Shown here: positions 11,391-24,499 of the stretch, piece by piece | Position numbering within the stretch: the stretch's first letter is position 1 | Layout of the letters: every line of letters begins with the position of its first letter | Source of the DNA: Raja brachyura | Taxonomy: Eukaryota | Direction: 5' to 3' | NCBI GenBank assembly: GCA_963514005.1 | Contig: OY740787.1 | Coordinates: 17,980,001 to 18,044,000, forward strand | Length of the DNA: 64,000 nucleotides | Translations under genes and position numbers: made by a program | Notes under the pieces: model-generated | What the model was told of the DNA's origin: nothing | The model's input: only the letters and a program-made list of their open reading frames with translations | The model's database searches: none

Positions 11391-13990
11391 TAGAAACATA
11401 GAAACATAGAAACATAGAAACATAGAAATTAGGTGCAGGAATAGGCCATTTGGCCCTTCGAGCCTGCACTGCCATTCAATATGATCATGGCCTGATCATC
11501 CAACTCAGTATCCCGTACCTGCCTTCTCTCCATACCCTCTAATCCCCTTAGCCACAAGGGCCACATCTAACTCCCTCTTAAATATATCCAATGAACTGGC
11601 CTCAACTACTCCCTGTGGCAGAGAGTTCCAGAGACCCACCACTCTCTGTGTGAAAAAATTCCTTCTCATCTCGGTCCTAAAGGATTTCCCCCTTATCCTT
11701 AAGCTGTGACCCCTTGTCCTGGACCTCCCCAACATCGGGAACAATCTTCCTGCATCTAGCCTGTCCAACCCCTTAAGAATCTTGTAAGTTTCTATAAGAT
11801 CCCCTCTCAATCTCCTAAATTCTAGAGAGTATAAACCGAGTCTATGCAGTCTTTGTTCATAAGACAGTCCTGACATCCCAGGAATCAGTCTGGTGAACCT
11901 TCGCTGCACTCCCTCTATGGCAATAATGTCCTTCCTCAGATTTGGAGACCAGAACTGTACGCAATACTCCAGGTGTGGCCTCACCAAGACCCTATACAAC
12001 TGAAGTAGAACCTCCCTGCTCCTATACTCAAATCCTTTTGCTATGAAAGCTAACATACCATTGGCTTTCTTCACTGCCTGCTGTACCTGCATGCCTACTT
12101 TCAATGACTGGTGTACCATGACACCCAGGTCGCACTGCATCTCCCCTTTTCCTAATCGGCCACCATTTAGATAGTAGTCGGTTTTCCTATTTTTGCCACC
12201 AAAGTGGATAACCTCACATTTATCCACATTATACTGCATCTGCCAAACATTTGCCCACTCACCCAGCCTATCCAAGTCACCTTGCATTCTCCTAGCATCC
12301 TCCTCACAGCTAACACTGCCACCCAGCTTAGTGTCATCCGCAAACTTGGAGATATTGCCTTCAATTCCCTCATCCAGATCATTTATGTATATTGTAAATA
12401 GCTGGGGTCCCAGCACTGAGCCTTGCGGTACCCCACTAGTCACTGCCTGCCATTGTGAAAACGACCCGTTAACTCCCACTCTTTGCTTCCTGTTTGCCAG
12501 CCAGTTCTCTATCCACATCAATACTGAACCCCCAATGCCATATGCTTTAAGTTTATATACTAATCGCTTATGTGGGACCTTGTCGAAAGCCTTCTGGAAG
12601 TCCAGATACAGCACATCCACTGGTTCTCCCCCATCCACGCTACTAGTTACATCCTCGAAAAATTCCACAAGATTCGTCAGACATGATTTACCTTTCGTAA
12701 ATCCATGCTGACTTTGTCCAATGATTTCACCACTTTCCAAATGTGCTGCTATCCCATCTTTAATAACTGACTCTAGCAGTTTCCCCACTACCGATGTTAG
12801 ACTAACTTGTCTGTAATTCCCCGTTTTCTCTCTCCCCCCCTTCTTAAAAAGAGGGGTTACGTTTGCTACCCGCCAATCCTCAGGAACTACTCCAGAATCT
12901 AAAGAGTTTTGAAAGATTATCACTAGTGCATCCACTATTTCCGGAGCTACTTCCTTAAATACTCTGGGATGCAGCCTATCTGGCCCTGGGGATTTATCGG
13001 CCTTTAATCCATTCAATTTACCCAACACCACTTCCCGACTGACCTGGATTTCACTCAAGTACGCCTTTGACCTGCAGTCCCCTGCTATTTCCGGCAGATT
13101 ATTTATGTCTTCCTTAGTGAAGACGGAACGAAAGTAGTTATTCAATTGGTCCGCCATATCCTTGTTCCCCATGATCAACTCACCTGTTTCTGACTGCAAG
13201 GGACCTACATTTGTTTTAACTAATCTCTTTCTCTTCACATATCTATAAAAACTTTTGCAGTCAGTTTTTATGTTCTCTGCCAGTTTTCTTTCATAATCTA
13301 TTTTTCCTTTCCTAATCAAGCCCTTTGTCCTTCTCTGCTGGTCTCTGAATTTCTCCCAGTCCTCTGGTATGCTGCTTTTTTCTGGCTACTTTGTACGCAT
13401 CATCCTTTGCTTTGATACTATCCCTGATTTCCCTTGTTATCCACGGATGCACTACCTTCCCTGATCTATTCTTTTGCCAAATTGGGATGAACAATTTTGT
13501 AGTTCATCCATGCAGTCTTTAAATGTCTTCCATTGCGTATCCACCGTCAACCCTTTTAGAATTGATTGCCAGTCAATCTTGGCCAATTCACGTCTCATAC
13601 CCTCAAAGTTACCTTTCCTTAAGTTCAGAACCATTGTTTCTGAATTAACAATGTCACTCTCCATCCTAATGAAGAACTCGACCATATTATGGTCACTCTT
13701 GCCCAAGGGGGCACGCACAATAAGACTGCTAACTAACCCTTCCTCATTACTCAATACCCAGTCTAAAATAGCCTGCTCTCTCGTTGGTTCCTCTAGAACC
13801 AACGAGAGAGCAGGCTATTGATTTGTTGATTTAGATAACTATCCCTCATACTTTCCAAAAAATCCTCTTCCTCAGTGCCCCTGCCAATTTGATTCACCCA
13901 ATCTATATGTAGATTGAAGTCACCCATTATAACTGTTTTGCCTTTGTCGCACGCATTTCTAATTTCCTGTTTTATACCATCCCCAACTTC
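11391..13990 (-). mobile_element. Young 5'-truncated CR1 LINE (2.6 kb)
   Basis: (ATGTTTCT)n tail at 11391-11425; C-terminal part of the APE endonuclease (ILDWVL, LGKSDH) plus RT; short atca duplication at the ends. Confidence 0.95.
11505..13319 (-). CDS. CR1 ORF2 reverse transcriptase segment (604 aa open; upstream frameshifts, so likely non-functional)
   Basis: Motifs KSPGPD, QHGFTKGKSCLTNL, YLDFQKAFDKV, GVPQGSVLGP, FADD, RPHLEYCVQFW. Confidence 0.9.
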   Translation of the reverse strand: MIRKGKIDYERKLAENIKTDCKSFYRYVKRKRLVKTNVGPLQSETGELIMGNKDMADQLNNYFRSVFTKEDINNLPEIAGDCRSKAYLSEIQVSREVVLGKLNGLKADKSPGPDRLHPRVFKEVAPEIVDALVIIFQNSLDSGVVPEDWRVANVTPLFKKGGREKTGNYRQVSLTSVVGKLLESVIKDGIAAHLESGEIIGQSQHGFTKGKSCLTNLVEFFEDVTSSVDGGEPVDVLYLDFQKAFDKVPHKRLVYKLKAYGIGGSVLMWIENWLANRKQRVGVNGSFSQWQAVTSGVPQGSVLGPQLFTIYINDLDEGIEGNISKFADDTKLGGSVSCEEDARRMQGDLDRLGEWANVWQMQYNVDKCEVIHFGGKNRKTDYYLNGGRLGKGEMQCDLGVMVHQSLKVGMQVQQAVKKANGMLAFIAKGFEYRSREVLLQLYRVLVRPHLEYCVQFWSPNLRKDIIAIEGVQRRFTRLIPGMSGLSYEQRLHRLGLYSLEFRRLRGDLIETYKILKGLDRLDAGRLFPMLGRSRTRGHSLRIRGKSFRTEMRRNFFTQRVVGLWNSLPQGVVEASSLDIFKRELDVALVAKGIRGYGEKAGTGY

Positions 13991-14012
13991 ATCATGTACA
14001 AGCAGATGAGAC

Positions 14013-14756
14013 CACCAGGGCGCCGGGGCGATGGCTGCCCTTCCGACAATCTGTTCGACTTTTCACTCTTTTTGTTATTTTTTAGTTTGTTAAAAGTTTT
14101 TGTTTTAATGTTCTTCGGTTTGTTTTATGTGGGGGAGGGGATCGGGGAAACTTTTTTTCAGGTTCTTACCTTCCCGGAGGTGTGATCAATTTTCGGATCA
14201 CATTCTCCATGCTCTGCAGCCTACCATCGATGGAGCTGGTAGCCTCCTTGGATTGTCGTGAGCGGACTTAACATCGGAGCCGATCCCTTGCCTGGGATCA
14301 CTCCCAATGCGGCCACCGCGGAATCAACATCAAGGGCTCACAGTCTCGGGTGAGGCTACGTCGGAAGCTCCAACGTCGTGGAAGGTTCGACCAGCCCCGA
14401 CGCGAAGTTCGTTCGTCCAGCATGGGGGAGCTGACATTCGCCCGATGCGGGAGCAGATCGCCTCGCGTGGAGGGCCCGAATGCCGCCGGCTACGGGAGTT
14501 AAGATCATCCCGTCAACGGGGGCTCGAGGCCCACGACCGAGGAAGAACAAAGGGAAGGACTTGAACTTTATTTCGCATTCCATCACAGTGAGGAATGTGT
14601 AGGAGTCACTGTGGTGGATGTTCATGGTAAAATGTGTTTTGAGTGAGTCTGTTACTTTTAATTGTATGACTGACCTGGTCAATGAAATTCCTCGTATGTT
14701 GCAAAACATACATGGCGAATAAAGTGTGATTCTGATTCTGATTCTGATTCTGATTC
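14013..14756 (+). mobile_element. Non-autonomous, internally deleted Rex1/Babar-derived element
   Basis: GC-rich 5' region; ttccatcacagtgaggaatgt (start of the APE motif LPSI..GNV) joined to a 3'UTR with aataaa and (gattct)n. Confidence 0.65.
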
Positions 14757-15574
14757 AATTTAACTTGGCATCATTTTCGGCACAAGCATTGTGGGACGAA
14801 AGGCCTGTTCCTATGCTGTATTGTTCTATGTTCTAAATTAGATTTTTTTTTTAGACAATCATTATTTACTTTCACACATTACTCTCCTGCATCCACATTT
14901 GTTTTGCTCTTAAAATACTTTCATAGTGTCATGCAGGACAGAAGCAGGCCCTTCGGCCCACCTTTTCTCTGCTAACCAAGTTAGCACACTGAACTAATCC
15001 AATTCTCTTGCATTTGGCCCACAGCTATCTGAACTATTCCTGTCCATTTATCTGACCAAATGTTAGTATAAAGTACCTGCCTTTAGAGCTTACTGTGCAC
15101 TGTAAAACATATTGTAATTGGGCGTATACAATGCTTATCAATGGGATAACAGGACTTGCAATCTTTATATAGAAAGAAAGTACATTTTGTTTAGAAATAT
15201 TTCTTCAATATGTTTGCATCCTGATGTGATGCTCAGAGAAGTAAAGGGTTTTCTTGGTATATTACAATTAAATCAATAATCTCAGACATCAAGAGATATC
15301 CTCCAGTGCTTAACAAGAATCATAAATTCTAGGAGCAGAATTAGGCTTTTCGGTCCATCAAGTCTACTCAGCCATTCAATCGTGACTGATCTATCTTTCC
15401 CTCCCAACTCCTTTCTCCTGCCTGCCCAAGACTCTCCCACTGGTGGAAACATCCTCTCCACATTGAATCTATCTTGTCCATTGTTCCCTCTCCACTCAAC
15501 TGAATATCATTGTGATAGGATATGGAATATGATCACTTCATAGATCGATCAATGGGATGCTTGGTCATCCACAG

Positions 15575-16735
15575 TCATAAACACAGAAACATAGAAAATA
15601 GGTGCAGGAGTAGGCCATTCGGCCCTTCGAGTCAGCATTCCCATTCAATATAATCATGCAGATCATCCAAAATCAGTACCCCATTCCCGCTTTTTCCCCA
15701 TATATCCCTTGATTCCGTTAACCCTAAGAGCTAAATCTAACTCTCTCTTGAAAACCAGTGAATTGGCTTCCAATGCCTTCTATGACAGAGAATTCCACAG
15801 ATTCACAACTCTCTGGGTGAAAAAAATTTTCCTCATCTCAGTCCTAAATGGCCTACCCCTTATTCTTAAACTGTGACCCCTGGTTCTGGACTCCCCCGAC
15901 ATCGGGAACATTTTTCCTGCATCTAGCCTGTCCAATCCCTTAAGAATGTTATGTGTTTCTATAAGATCCCCTCTCATCCTTCTAAATGCCAGTGAATGCA
16001 AGCCCAGTCTACCCATTCTTTCATCATATGTCAGTCCTGCCATCACGCGAATTAATCTGGTGAACCTACGCAGCACTCAATAGCAAGAATGTTCTTCCTC
16101 AAATTAGGAGACCAAAACTGCACACAATATTCCATGTGTGGTCTCACCAGGGCCCTGTCCAACTGCACTGGATCCTTCTTGCTTATCAACTCATATCCTC
16201 TTGCAATGAAGGCCAACATGCCATTTGCTTTCTTCACTGCCTGCTGTACCTATATGCTTGCTTTCAGTGACTGATGTACAAGGACACCATGATCTTGTTG
16301 CACATCCCCTTTTCCTAATCTGACACCATTCAGATAATAATATGCCTTCTTGTACTTGCCACCATAGTGGATAACCTCACATTTATGCACATTATACTGC
16401 ATCTGCCATGCATCTGCCCACTCACCCAACCTATCCAAGTGACCCTGCAGCCTCATAGAAACCTCCTCACAGCTAACACTGCCACTCAGCTTTGTGTCAT
16501 CCATAAATGAGATGTCACCACTAGTCACTACCTACCTTTCTGCATAGGTCCCACTAGTCACTACCTGCCATTCTGAAAAGGACCCGTTAATTTAAACTAA
16601 TTTAAACTAATTTACTATACCTACTATTTGCTTCCTGTCTGCCAACCAGTTCTCTATCCATGTCATACCCTACCCTCAATACCATGTGCTCTAATTTTGC
16701 ACACTAATCTCTTGTGTGGTACCTTCTCAAATGGG
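15575..16735 (-). mobile_element. CR1 LINE 3' fragment with frameshifts
   Basis: ORFs 15780-16528 match CR1 RT and C-terminus. Confidence 0.9.
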
Positions 16736-17940
16736 AACTTTTTAAAGAGGAACTAATAAACTTGTATTCTGCTAAATCTCAGAATCAGTGCAAGAACATA
16801 TTGTATTACAAATATGTACATATTCCTTAGATTGAATGATTTTCTTTGGAATAGCATTCAACCTGCAGACTAAGCGAAGTGTCTATTCTCAGAGGTGAGG
16901 AAAACAATTCAGACCAGCTTCACATAGTGGAGGAGCAATTTAATTTACTGCTGATCACAATATATATTTTGTACAATATAACAAAAGCTTAGTGACTCAG
17001 TGCCAGGTGAGGTGAGGCAATGCAGGGAAACAAACATGAACACATTCATATGTTGGATGACTGATACTCGTGTTGTCTCCATGGCAACAACAATTTTTGT
17101 AAGATAACAGATGAGCCATATCCCAAATTTCCTGAGTAAGTTTGTCTTTTGACACACTGGGCACAAAGTATTTAAATATGCTTTAGCCTGTTGATCACGT
17201 TTTATCAAGAGCATGGATTACTTATTTATTATCAGCTTCTGGATATGACTGAATTATATTAGTAGTGGTATTTGCAGCTGCAACAAAGAAGAAATAAAAG
17301 CTTGTGCATTTTTTGCATTCAAGGCCAAAGACATCTTTTGAAACCCCATAAGGATTTATGGTTTATTGGAAAATATACACTTGGAATATTTAGCCAGAGC
17401 TAACGAATTTCAAGTCAAGGACTCCAGGGCCTCAGGTATATGGAGAGGTTGGGCAAGCTAAGTCTTAATGCCTTGGAGCGCAGGAGGCTGAAGGATGATC
17501 TTACAGAGGTGTATAAAATCATGAGGGGAATTGATGGACCGAATGCCTATCAATTCCCCTCATAAGTCGGCCGAGGGGTCTGTTTCTGTGCTGTATTACT
17601 CCATTACTCTATGACCTGGAAATGGAGTTTCAAAAACAGGCAGAATCTTCAATTTGAGCACAAATTCAGATGCAACACGCAATTTTTTGAGGTGATAATT
17701 TGTTTCAATTTTCCGTCGAAGCATAAAATGGAGAAGTGTAATCAATGGCATAATCAAATGCAATTACTTTTTGCTCACATCAGTCAAAAATCCTAATTTG
17801 CATATTTAAGAAATGTTGGGACATAATAACCTTCTCAAAGAAGGCTATTATGTCCCAAAGAAATAAGCATATTTAATGAGTGTCCAGAGCTCTCTCTGTG
17901 ATTAATCTCATTATAATTTACTGAAGAGATGATAAACAAA

Positions 17941-18068
17941 TAGAAGGGTTTTGGCCTGAAACGTTGCCTATTTCCTTTGCTCCATAGATGCTGCCTCACC
18001 CGCTGAGTTTCTCCAGCACTTTTGTCTACCTTTAATTTTCCAGCATCTGCAGTTCCTTCTTGAACACT
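17941..18068 (+). mobile_element. Penelope pseudo-LTR fragment
   Basis: gaagggttttggcctgaaacgttgcc...agatgctgcc...gctgagtttctccagc. Confidence 0.65.
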
Positions 18069-18212
18069 GTATGTTGAATTGGTTACTACTTTTCATCAAT
18101 GTTAAAGAATCATAGAGTGTGGAAACAGGCCCTATGGCCCAACTTGCCCACGCCAACCAACATGCCCCATCGACACTAGTCTCACCTACCCACATTTGGC
18201 CCATATCCCTCT

Positions 18213-18700
18213 ATGGCCACATGGTCGCCATATGTTTGCTGGTGGTCTCTGGTGAGTCTCCTTCATGGTCGTGAGGAGTTCCCATATTCTGACAACTAGT
18301 CGCGGCCTCAGTACGCTCGCCGTAAATTTTTCAACATGTTGAAAAATGTTCTGCGACCAAATATTTGTTGCCAAAATCGATAATCCTGTAGTCGTCGGTG
18401 CAGTTGTAGTGGGGTCGCCATGCAGTTATGGGTAGTCGAGGTAGTCGTAGGTAGTTTTACTTAATTGCCTTTGCTGACTGGTCATTTTCATTGGCTCATT
18501 GGGGGAAAAATAACATAAAAGCACGAGTTTTCAGAACCAAGGATAAACAACTGGTAATGTTAAATGTCCGCCAAACCTCACAGCTGTGTATCTCTGGCTT
18601 ATTAAAAAGTTGTCTGGCTTCTTAAAAGTGTCTCCACTCCTTCTCCCACCTTCTCCTCCCCTCCCCCTTCTCCCCCCTTCTCCCCTCCCCCCTTCAGCCA
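18213..18700. mobile_element. Harbinger/PIF-like non-autonomous DNA transposon fragment
   Basis: Same family as 47476-47760; shares the palindrome ttttcaacatgttgaaaa and ggtcgcc motifs. Confidence 0.55.
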
Positions 18701-19379
18701 TCTAAATTCCTGGAACTTTCACAGGAATCAATGAGCAGGTAATGCAGTTTTGTGTCGATTGGTGTTCGCCAAGACAATCTTAAACTTGACAAGTACATAG
18801 AATCAATTCTTTTGAGGTTTACCATGAAATCTTTTCCATCCTCCCAACATACCGGTAGGTCTTTTGCCCCACAATATCCATGCCGAACATAATGCCAAGT
18901 TAAACTAATTTCCTCTGCCAGCATGCGGTCCATATCCCTCCATTCTCACCATAAAGCAATACCCTCTGGTTCTTAACATTTCTACCCTGGGGAAAAAGAT
19001 TATGACTGTCTACTCCTTTCTCTGCCTCTCATAATTTTATAAACTTGTGCCGTCTCCTCGGTCTCCCTTCTGGGGTAAATCATGATTTTAAATGATGTTT
19101 AGTTCAAAAATATATTTTCTGAAGCAGTCTAGCTTTTCTTTAGTTCGGTTAAGCCTGGATTGTGTGCTTGAATACCACCACATAGATTACACGTAAAATT
19201 ATTTGCTCTGCCGGCTCTGGTTTTCAAGACCAAATTGTGCTGGTAAAGATGATATGGCCTGTTTCTAAATTATTTTATCTCCTTTCAGAATCATCATTCC
19301 TGGGTGGAATTAATTTATACTTCAGGATCTGACTGCCAATTATGAACAATTCCCAGAAGATTCATCGATTGAATCCTAA

Positions 19380-20280
19380 AGGCGGGATACAGATTGTGAG
19401 AAACTTCCCATAGCTGCGGCTCACCTGCAGTCCGTCCGTCTTTTCTTTTTTTTTTCCTTTTGTCTTGTTGTTTAGTTTATTTTGTTTATTTTAGTTGTGT
19501 AAGTGTGGGGGGGGGGGGGGGGGGGGGTAGGAGAAACTGTTTTTAGTCTCCTCCTTCAGGGAGATGCGCCCTTTTCTTGTCATATCCCCTGTCTTCGTCT
19601 CCGTCTGCGCTGAGGCCTAATCGCGGAGCTGGCGGCCTGGGACTGACCAACTGGGACCGACCTCGAGGCTCCGGAGACAGAGCTAGGACTTTCCAACACG
19701 GAGCTGGTCGACTTTGGGGTTGTGGTGGTGTTGCGGTGGCAGTGACCCAACTTCGGGGCTGTGGTGGCGTTGCGGCGGCGGTGACCCAACTTCTGAGCCT
19801 CGGAGGCTCGGCCGCGGGCCCAGTGGACTCGGCTGCGGGCCCAGTGAACGGCATCGTTGGGAGCTCGCAGGTCCCAGGTTTGTGACCAGTTAACCGGAGC
19901 TCCAGCAACAACAGCTTTGTCCGCTGGACTGGAGGGTGGCAGCTTCGGTAGCTTCGACCGCCCCGGGTCACGGAGTTTGAACCAGCCCGTTTGCGGAACT
20001 TGGATGCGGCCGCTGGACTTACCATCACCCGGCAGGGTCCCAACATCGGAAGCCTGGATCGCCTCAATGCAGAGGGAGAACAAGGAGGGAAGAAAGAGAC
20101 AAGGACTTTAAGACTTTTGCCTTCCATTACAGTGAGGAGGTGCCTGGTAGACTCACTGTGGTGGATGTTAAACTGTGATGAGTGTGTGTTTTGTTATTTT
20201 ATTCTATGCTATGACTGAAAGGTATACAATTTCGCTCAGACTGAAATGTCTGAATGATAATAAAGGATACTTTACTTTAA
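19380..20280 (+). mobile_element. Non-autonomous Rex1/Babar-derived element
   Basis: Same architecture as 14013-14756: T-tract, G-run, GC-rich core, LPSITV motif, 3'UTR with aataaa. Confidence 0.65.
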
Positions 20281-20351
20281 TATAGTTTCAGAAGATTAAA
20301 ATTCTTGCCAATCCCAGGAATCAGCTGATCTCAGGAGCCTGCTCAATTTAC

Positions 20352-20582
20352 ACTTTAGAATTTAGAGATAGAACATGGAAACAGGCCCTTCGACCCACCG
20401 AATCCATGCCAACCAGTGATCACCCCATATACTAGCACTATCCTACACACTAGGGAAAATGTACAATTTTACCAAAGCCAATTAACCTACAAATCTGTAC
20501 ATCTTTGGGATGTGAGGGGAAACTGGAGCACCTAGAGAAAATCCACGCAGACAATAAATCTACCGCTGAGCCACCGTGTCAC
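20352..20582 (-). mobile_element. HE1-type V-SINE, internally deleted
   Basis: Tail, V-domain and head remnants. Confidence 0.75.
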
Positions 20583-21011
20583 CTTAAAAGTTCTACCAGA
20601 TACACCTTTGCTGTTATTCAGCACTGCCTTGCTATGCACAGATTTGGGCACGATAATTTCAGCCACCCTTGTGTCTTAAGGCGATGATAATGATTGATGC
20701 ACCCACTTTCTGTCAGACTGTCACATTTGTCAGCACGGAATAATAAATGGAAGGGGCAGGAGGGGGGAAGCCGGTGATGTTTAAGATGCATCCGTCAGAG
20801 ATAGATCACTCATGACTTTAGGCTTATCTTACAGTCAGTCTCACAGCTCACCACCAGGTGTTTTCTGGGCTGCAGCTGCAACATGTGCAGCCTTGTTGAT
20901 TTTCATCCTCAATCAGTCTCCTATTTTCGCCTGGCATCTCCATTTCCACGTCAAATTTATGGAACACACAATATGTAGTGACGAATGAAATTGACTTTGA
21001 CTTTAGAAAAC

Positions 21012-21118
21012 TACAAGGTAGACACAAAATGCTGGAGTCACTCAGCAGGACAGACAACATCTCTGGAGAGAAGGAATTGTTGACGTTTCAGGTCGAGACC
21101 CTTCTTCAGTCTGAAGAA
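21012..21118 (-). mobile_element. Penelope pseudo-LTR with minimal hammerhead core (21082-21109)
   Basis: Minus strand CTGAAGA-AGGGTCTCGACCT-GAAA-CGTC. Confidence 0.7.
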
Positions 21119-21371
21119 TGGCCTACTCCTGACCCTATTTTTCTATGTTTCTATTCATCTGGCCCATCACCCTTGCTGGGACACAAGACTCAGTAAAAGA
21201 GAGTCAAAATTATAAAGCATTATCATAAAGGAAGTTCTGCATGTAAATTGTTTGAGCATTCTGAAATGGTCACATTTATAAATTGCATTTAGTACTCAAT
21301 GTAATGCCTTAACCACACAAACCATCATTCTAACAATGCTTCTCTGGATTGATGACCATTATTAAGAGGAA

Positions 21372-21911
21372 GGTACACAAAAATGCTGGAGAAACTCAGC
21401 GGGTGAGGCAGCATTTATGGAGCGAAGGAATAGGCGACATTTTGGGTTGAGACCCTTCTTCAGACTGCAGTCGGGAGGGGGGCGGCAGAAAAAGAAAGGA
21501 AGAGGCGGAGACAGTAGGCTGTGGAAGAGCTGAGAAGGGGAGGGGAAGGAGGGAGAAAGCAAAGACTACCTGAAATTGGAGAAGTCAATATTCATACCGC
21601 TGGGGTATAAACTACCCAAGTGAAATATGAGGTGCTGCTCCTCCAATTTGCAGTGGGACTCACTCTGGCCATGGAGGAGTCCCAGGACATAAAATTGGAG
21701 CAGCAGCACCATTCCGAATCCGACCTTTCTGTCCTGGGTCTCCTCCACGTTTCCTCTTTTTTCCGCCCACCCCGACATCAGTCTGAAGAAGGGTCTCGAC
21801 CTGAAACGTCGCCTAGTCCTTCGCTCCATAGATGCAGCCATACCCGCTGCATTTCTCCAGCTTTTTATTGTTTCCCTTCGATTTTTCCAGCATCTGCAAT
21901 TCTTTCTTAAA
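21372..21911 (-). mobile_element. Penelope-like element: GIY-YIG C-terminus with inverted pseudo-LTRs and a 15-bp TSD
   Basis: CKLEEQHLIFHLGSLYPSGMNIDFSNFR; TSD cattattaagaggaa at 21357-21371 and 21912-21926. Confidence 0.8.
21783..21810 (+). ncRNA. Minimal type-I hammerhead ribozyme motif
   Basis: CTGAAGA-AGGGTCTCGACCT-GAAA-CGTC. Confidence 0.6.
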
Positions 21912-22875
21912 CATTATTAAGAGGAACATTTCTTAGGTAGCATTTCACTGCTTTGGTTCCAGGTAACAAGGAGACACATCCCATTCTCGCTTGTGTTCTT
22001 TCTGATTATTACCGATCAGTTTACTTTGGGCATAAGTTTTGGGCATAAACTTGTATAAAGCAAAAATGTAATGTGGAAACTTCAGTGGAACCCATTTTAA
22101 AGTTGACAAAACATAGCTGCAGTTGCTCCAACTACCTCAGTACCCCCTTGAGCTGCATTAATGCCCATTGACATTAGGGACAGGGAGAACGTACAAACTC
22201 CATACAGAGAGCACATGTAGTCGGGATCGAACCGGGATCTATGTAAGGCAGCAACTCTACCATTGTGGCACTGTGCTAACCTGTTGATTATTTTAATGTT
22301 TTTTGCTTGCTTTATCTTGAATATAATAGCCCTTTATCGGTGGCTTTATTTTTGATATTGCAGTCTTCGATGCATGATTGCATACAGAAAGTGATCTAGA
22401 TGAATCCCTCTAAAGAAGGGATGAATTTGTCTGATGAAGGACCCTAAACATCACCTATTTGTTCTCTCCAGCTACGCTGTCTGGCCCGCTGAGTTACTCC
22501 AGCATTTTGTGCCTATTGTAGATGAATTTGCTCTTTGTTTTGTGAACCTAAAGCCCAAACATGGTCAACTTGCACACAATCAAGACACTCTTTAAGTTGC
22601 TGATGAATCAGGCTCAAGGAAAACACTAAATCCATGATGAAAATCAGAGGTTTAACTTGCAAGCTGTCACTGAGCCAAAAGGATGTCAGACACATTCAGC
22701 TGCATCTAGATCAAGAGGCAATTAGATGTGTAGTGGTTGCCATTCCACCCATGAGACTGCCAGAAGGATATTAGAAAATTAAGTGTATACATTGAACTTA
22801 ACCACAAACCAGACAGCAAGGCTAACACATGAATGCAAAACCAAAACATTCACAACACAGGTTATTGAACACAAT

Positions 22876-23160
22876 ATCCTCAGAATTAAAGGACGTTCCT
22901 TTACGAAGGCAATAAGGAGGAATTTCTTGAGTCAGAGGGTGGTGAATCTGTGGAATCCATTGCACTGGGCTGTGGAGGCCGTCAATGGATATTTTAAAGC
23001 AGAGACAGATAGATTCTTGATTAGTGTGGGTGTCAAAGGTTATGGGGATAAGGCAGGAGAATGGGGTTAGGAAGGAGAGATAGATAAGCCATGATTGAAT
23101 GGCAAAGTAGACTTGATAGGCCAAATGGCATAATTCTGCTCCTATCACTTATGACCTTGT
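22876..23160 (+). mobile_element. CR1 3' end
   Basis: LRIKGRSFTKAIRRNFLSQRVVNLWN plus 3'UTR. Confidence 0.85.
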
Positions 23161-23419
23161 GACAATGTAGTGAGATATATTTAAGTAAAGAAAGCACTTT
23201 AAAACTACTTTACCATAGAATCGTGCAAAATGGCCCTTCAGTCCACTGAGTTCTTACTGACTATCAAGCACACATTTACACTAATCCCACACTGATCCCA
23301 TTTTATTCACACTACATTCACAGCAATAACCTCAGATTCTATAATTTACCTGCACACCAAGGGGAATTTTACAGTGTCTAATTAACCGAGGGAAATGGGA
23401 GAAGACTAAAGCACCCGTT

Positions 23420-24450
23420 TGGGATAGCTGAATGGATTGAAAATTGGCTTCATGGAAGGAAGCAGAGGGTGACGGTGAAAGGTTGCTTCTCGGACTGGAG
23501 GGTCTGTGGCTAGTGGTGTGCCTCAGGGTTCAGTGCTGAACCCGTTACTGATTGTCATCTACATCATTGATTTGGATGAGAACATACAGGGCAAAATTAG
23601 CAAGTTTGCTGATGATACCAAAGTGGGGGGTTTTGCAGATAGTGAAGATGGTTGTGAAAAATTGCAGCAGGATCTTGATCAATTTGCCAGGTGGGCTGAG
23701 GAATGGTTGGGCTCTGGGGAGTGTTGTTGGACAAAGGGAACTCGGAGCGCAGGTGCACGGTTCCTTGAAGCCACAGGTAAATAAGATGGTCAAAAAGGCT
23801 TTTGGTACATTGGCCTTCATGAATCTGAACATTAAGTATAGAAGTTGGGAAGTCATGTTGCAGTTGTATAAGACATTGGTAAGACCGCATTTAGAGTATT
23901 GTGTTCAGTTCTGGGCACCATGTTATAGGAAAGATGTTGTCACGCTGGGAAGGGTACAGAGAAGAATTACAAGGATGTTGCCTGAACTAGAGCATCTGAG
24001 CTATAGGGAGAGGTTTAGTCTGGGATTCTATTCATTAGAACGCAGGAGGATGAGGGGTGATCCTTTAGAGGCGTATAAAATCATGAGAGGAATAAATTGG
24101 GTAGATGCAGTCTCTTGCCCAGAGTAAGTGAATCAAGGACCAAGGGACATAGGTTTAAGGTGAAGGGGAAACGATTTAACAGGAATCTGAGGGGTAATTT
24201 TTTCACACAAAGGGTGGTGTGTATGGAACAAGCTGCCATAGGAGGTAGTTGAAGCTGTTACTATCCCAACGTTTAACAGTTAGACAGGTGCATGGATGGG
24301 ACAGGCTTGGAGGGATATGAACCAAACGCAGGCAGGCGGGCCGAGCGTAGCTGGCACATGTTGGCCGGTGTGGGCAAGTTGGGTGTGGCCGTGTTGGCCG
24401 GTGCAGGCCGAAGGATTGTTTCCACGCTGTATCACTCTGTGACTCTATGA
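23420..24450 (+). mobile_element. CR1 LINE RT/C-terminal fragment
   Basis: SGVPQGSVL, FADDTK, RPHLEYCVQFW; 3'UTR. Confidence 0.9.
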
Positions 24451-24499
24451 CCCTCAGAGGAAGTCCATGAAGTCACGGGGAAAACATGCAAACACCATA

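Noticed and set aside
12167-13821. Plus-strand and alternative-frame ORFs over the CR1
   Set aside because: Shadow frames of ORF2.
14013-14060. HDV-like ribozyme at the 5' ends of the Rex1-derived elements
   Set aside because: Only a simple GC hairpin; I could not build the nested double pseudoknot.
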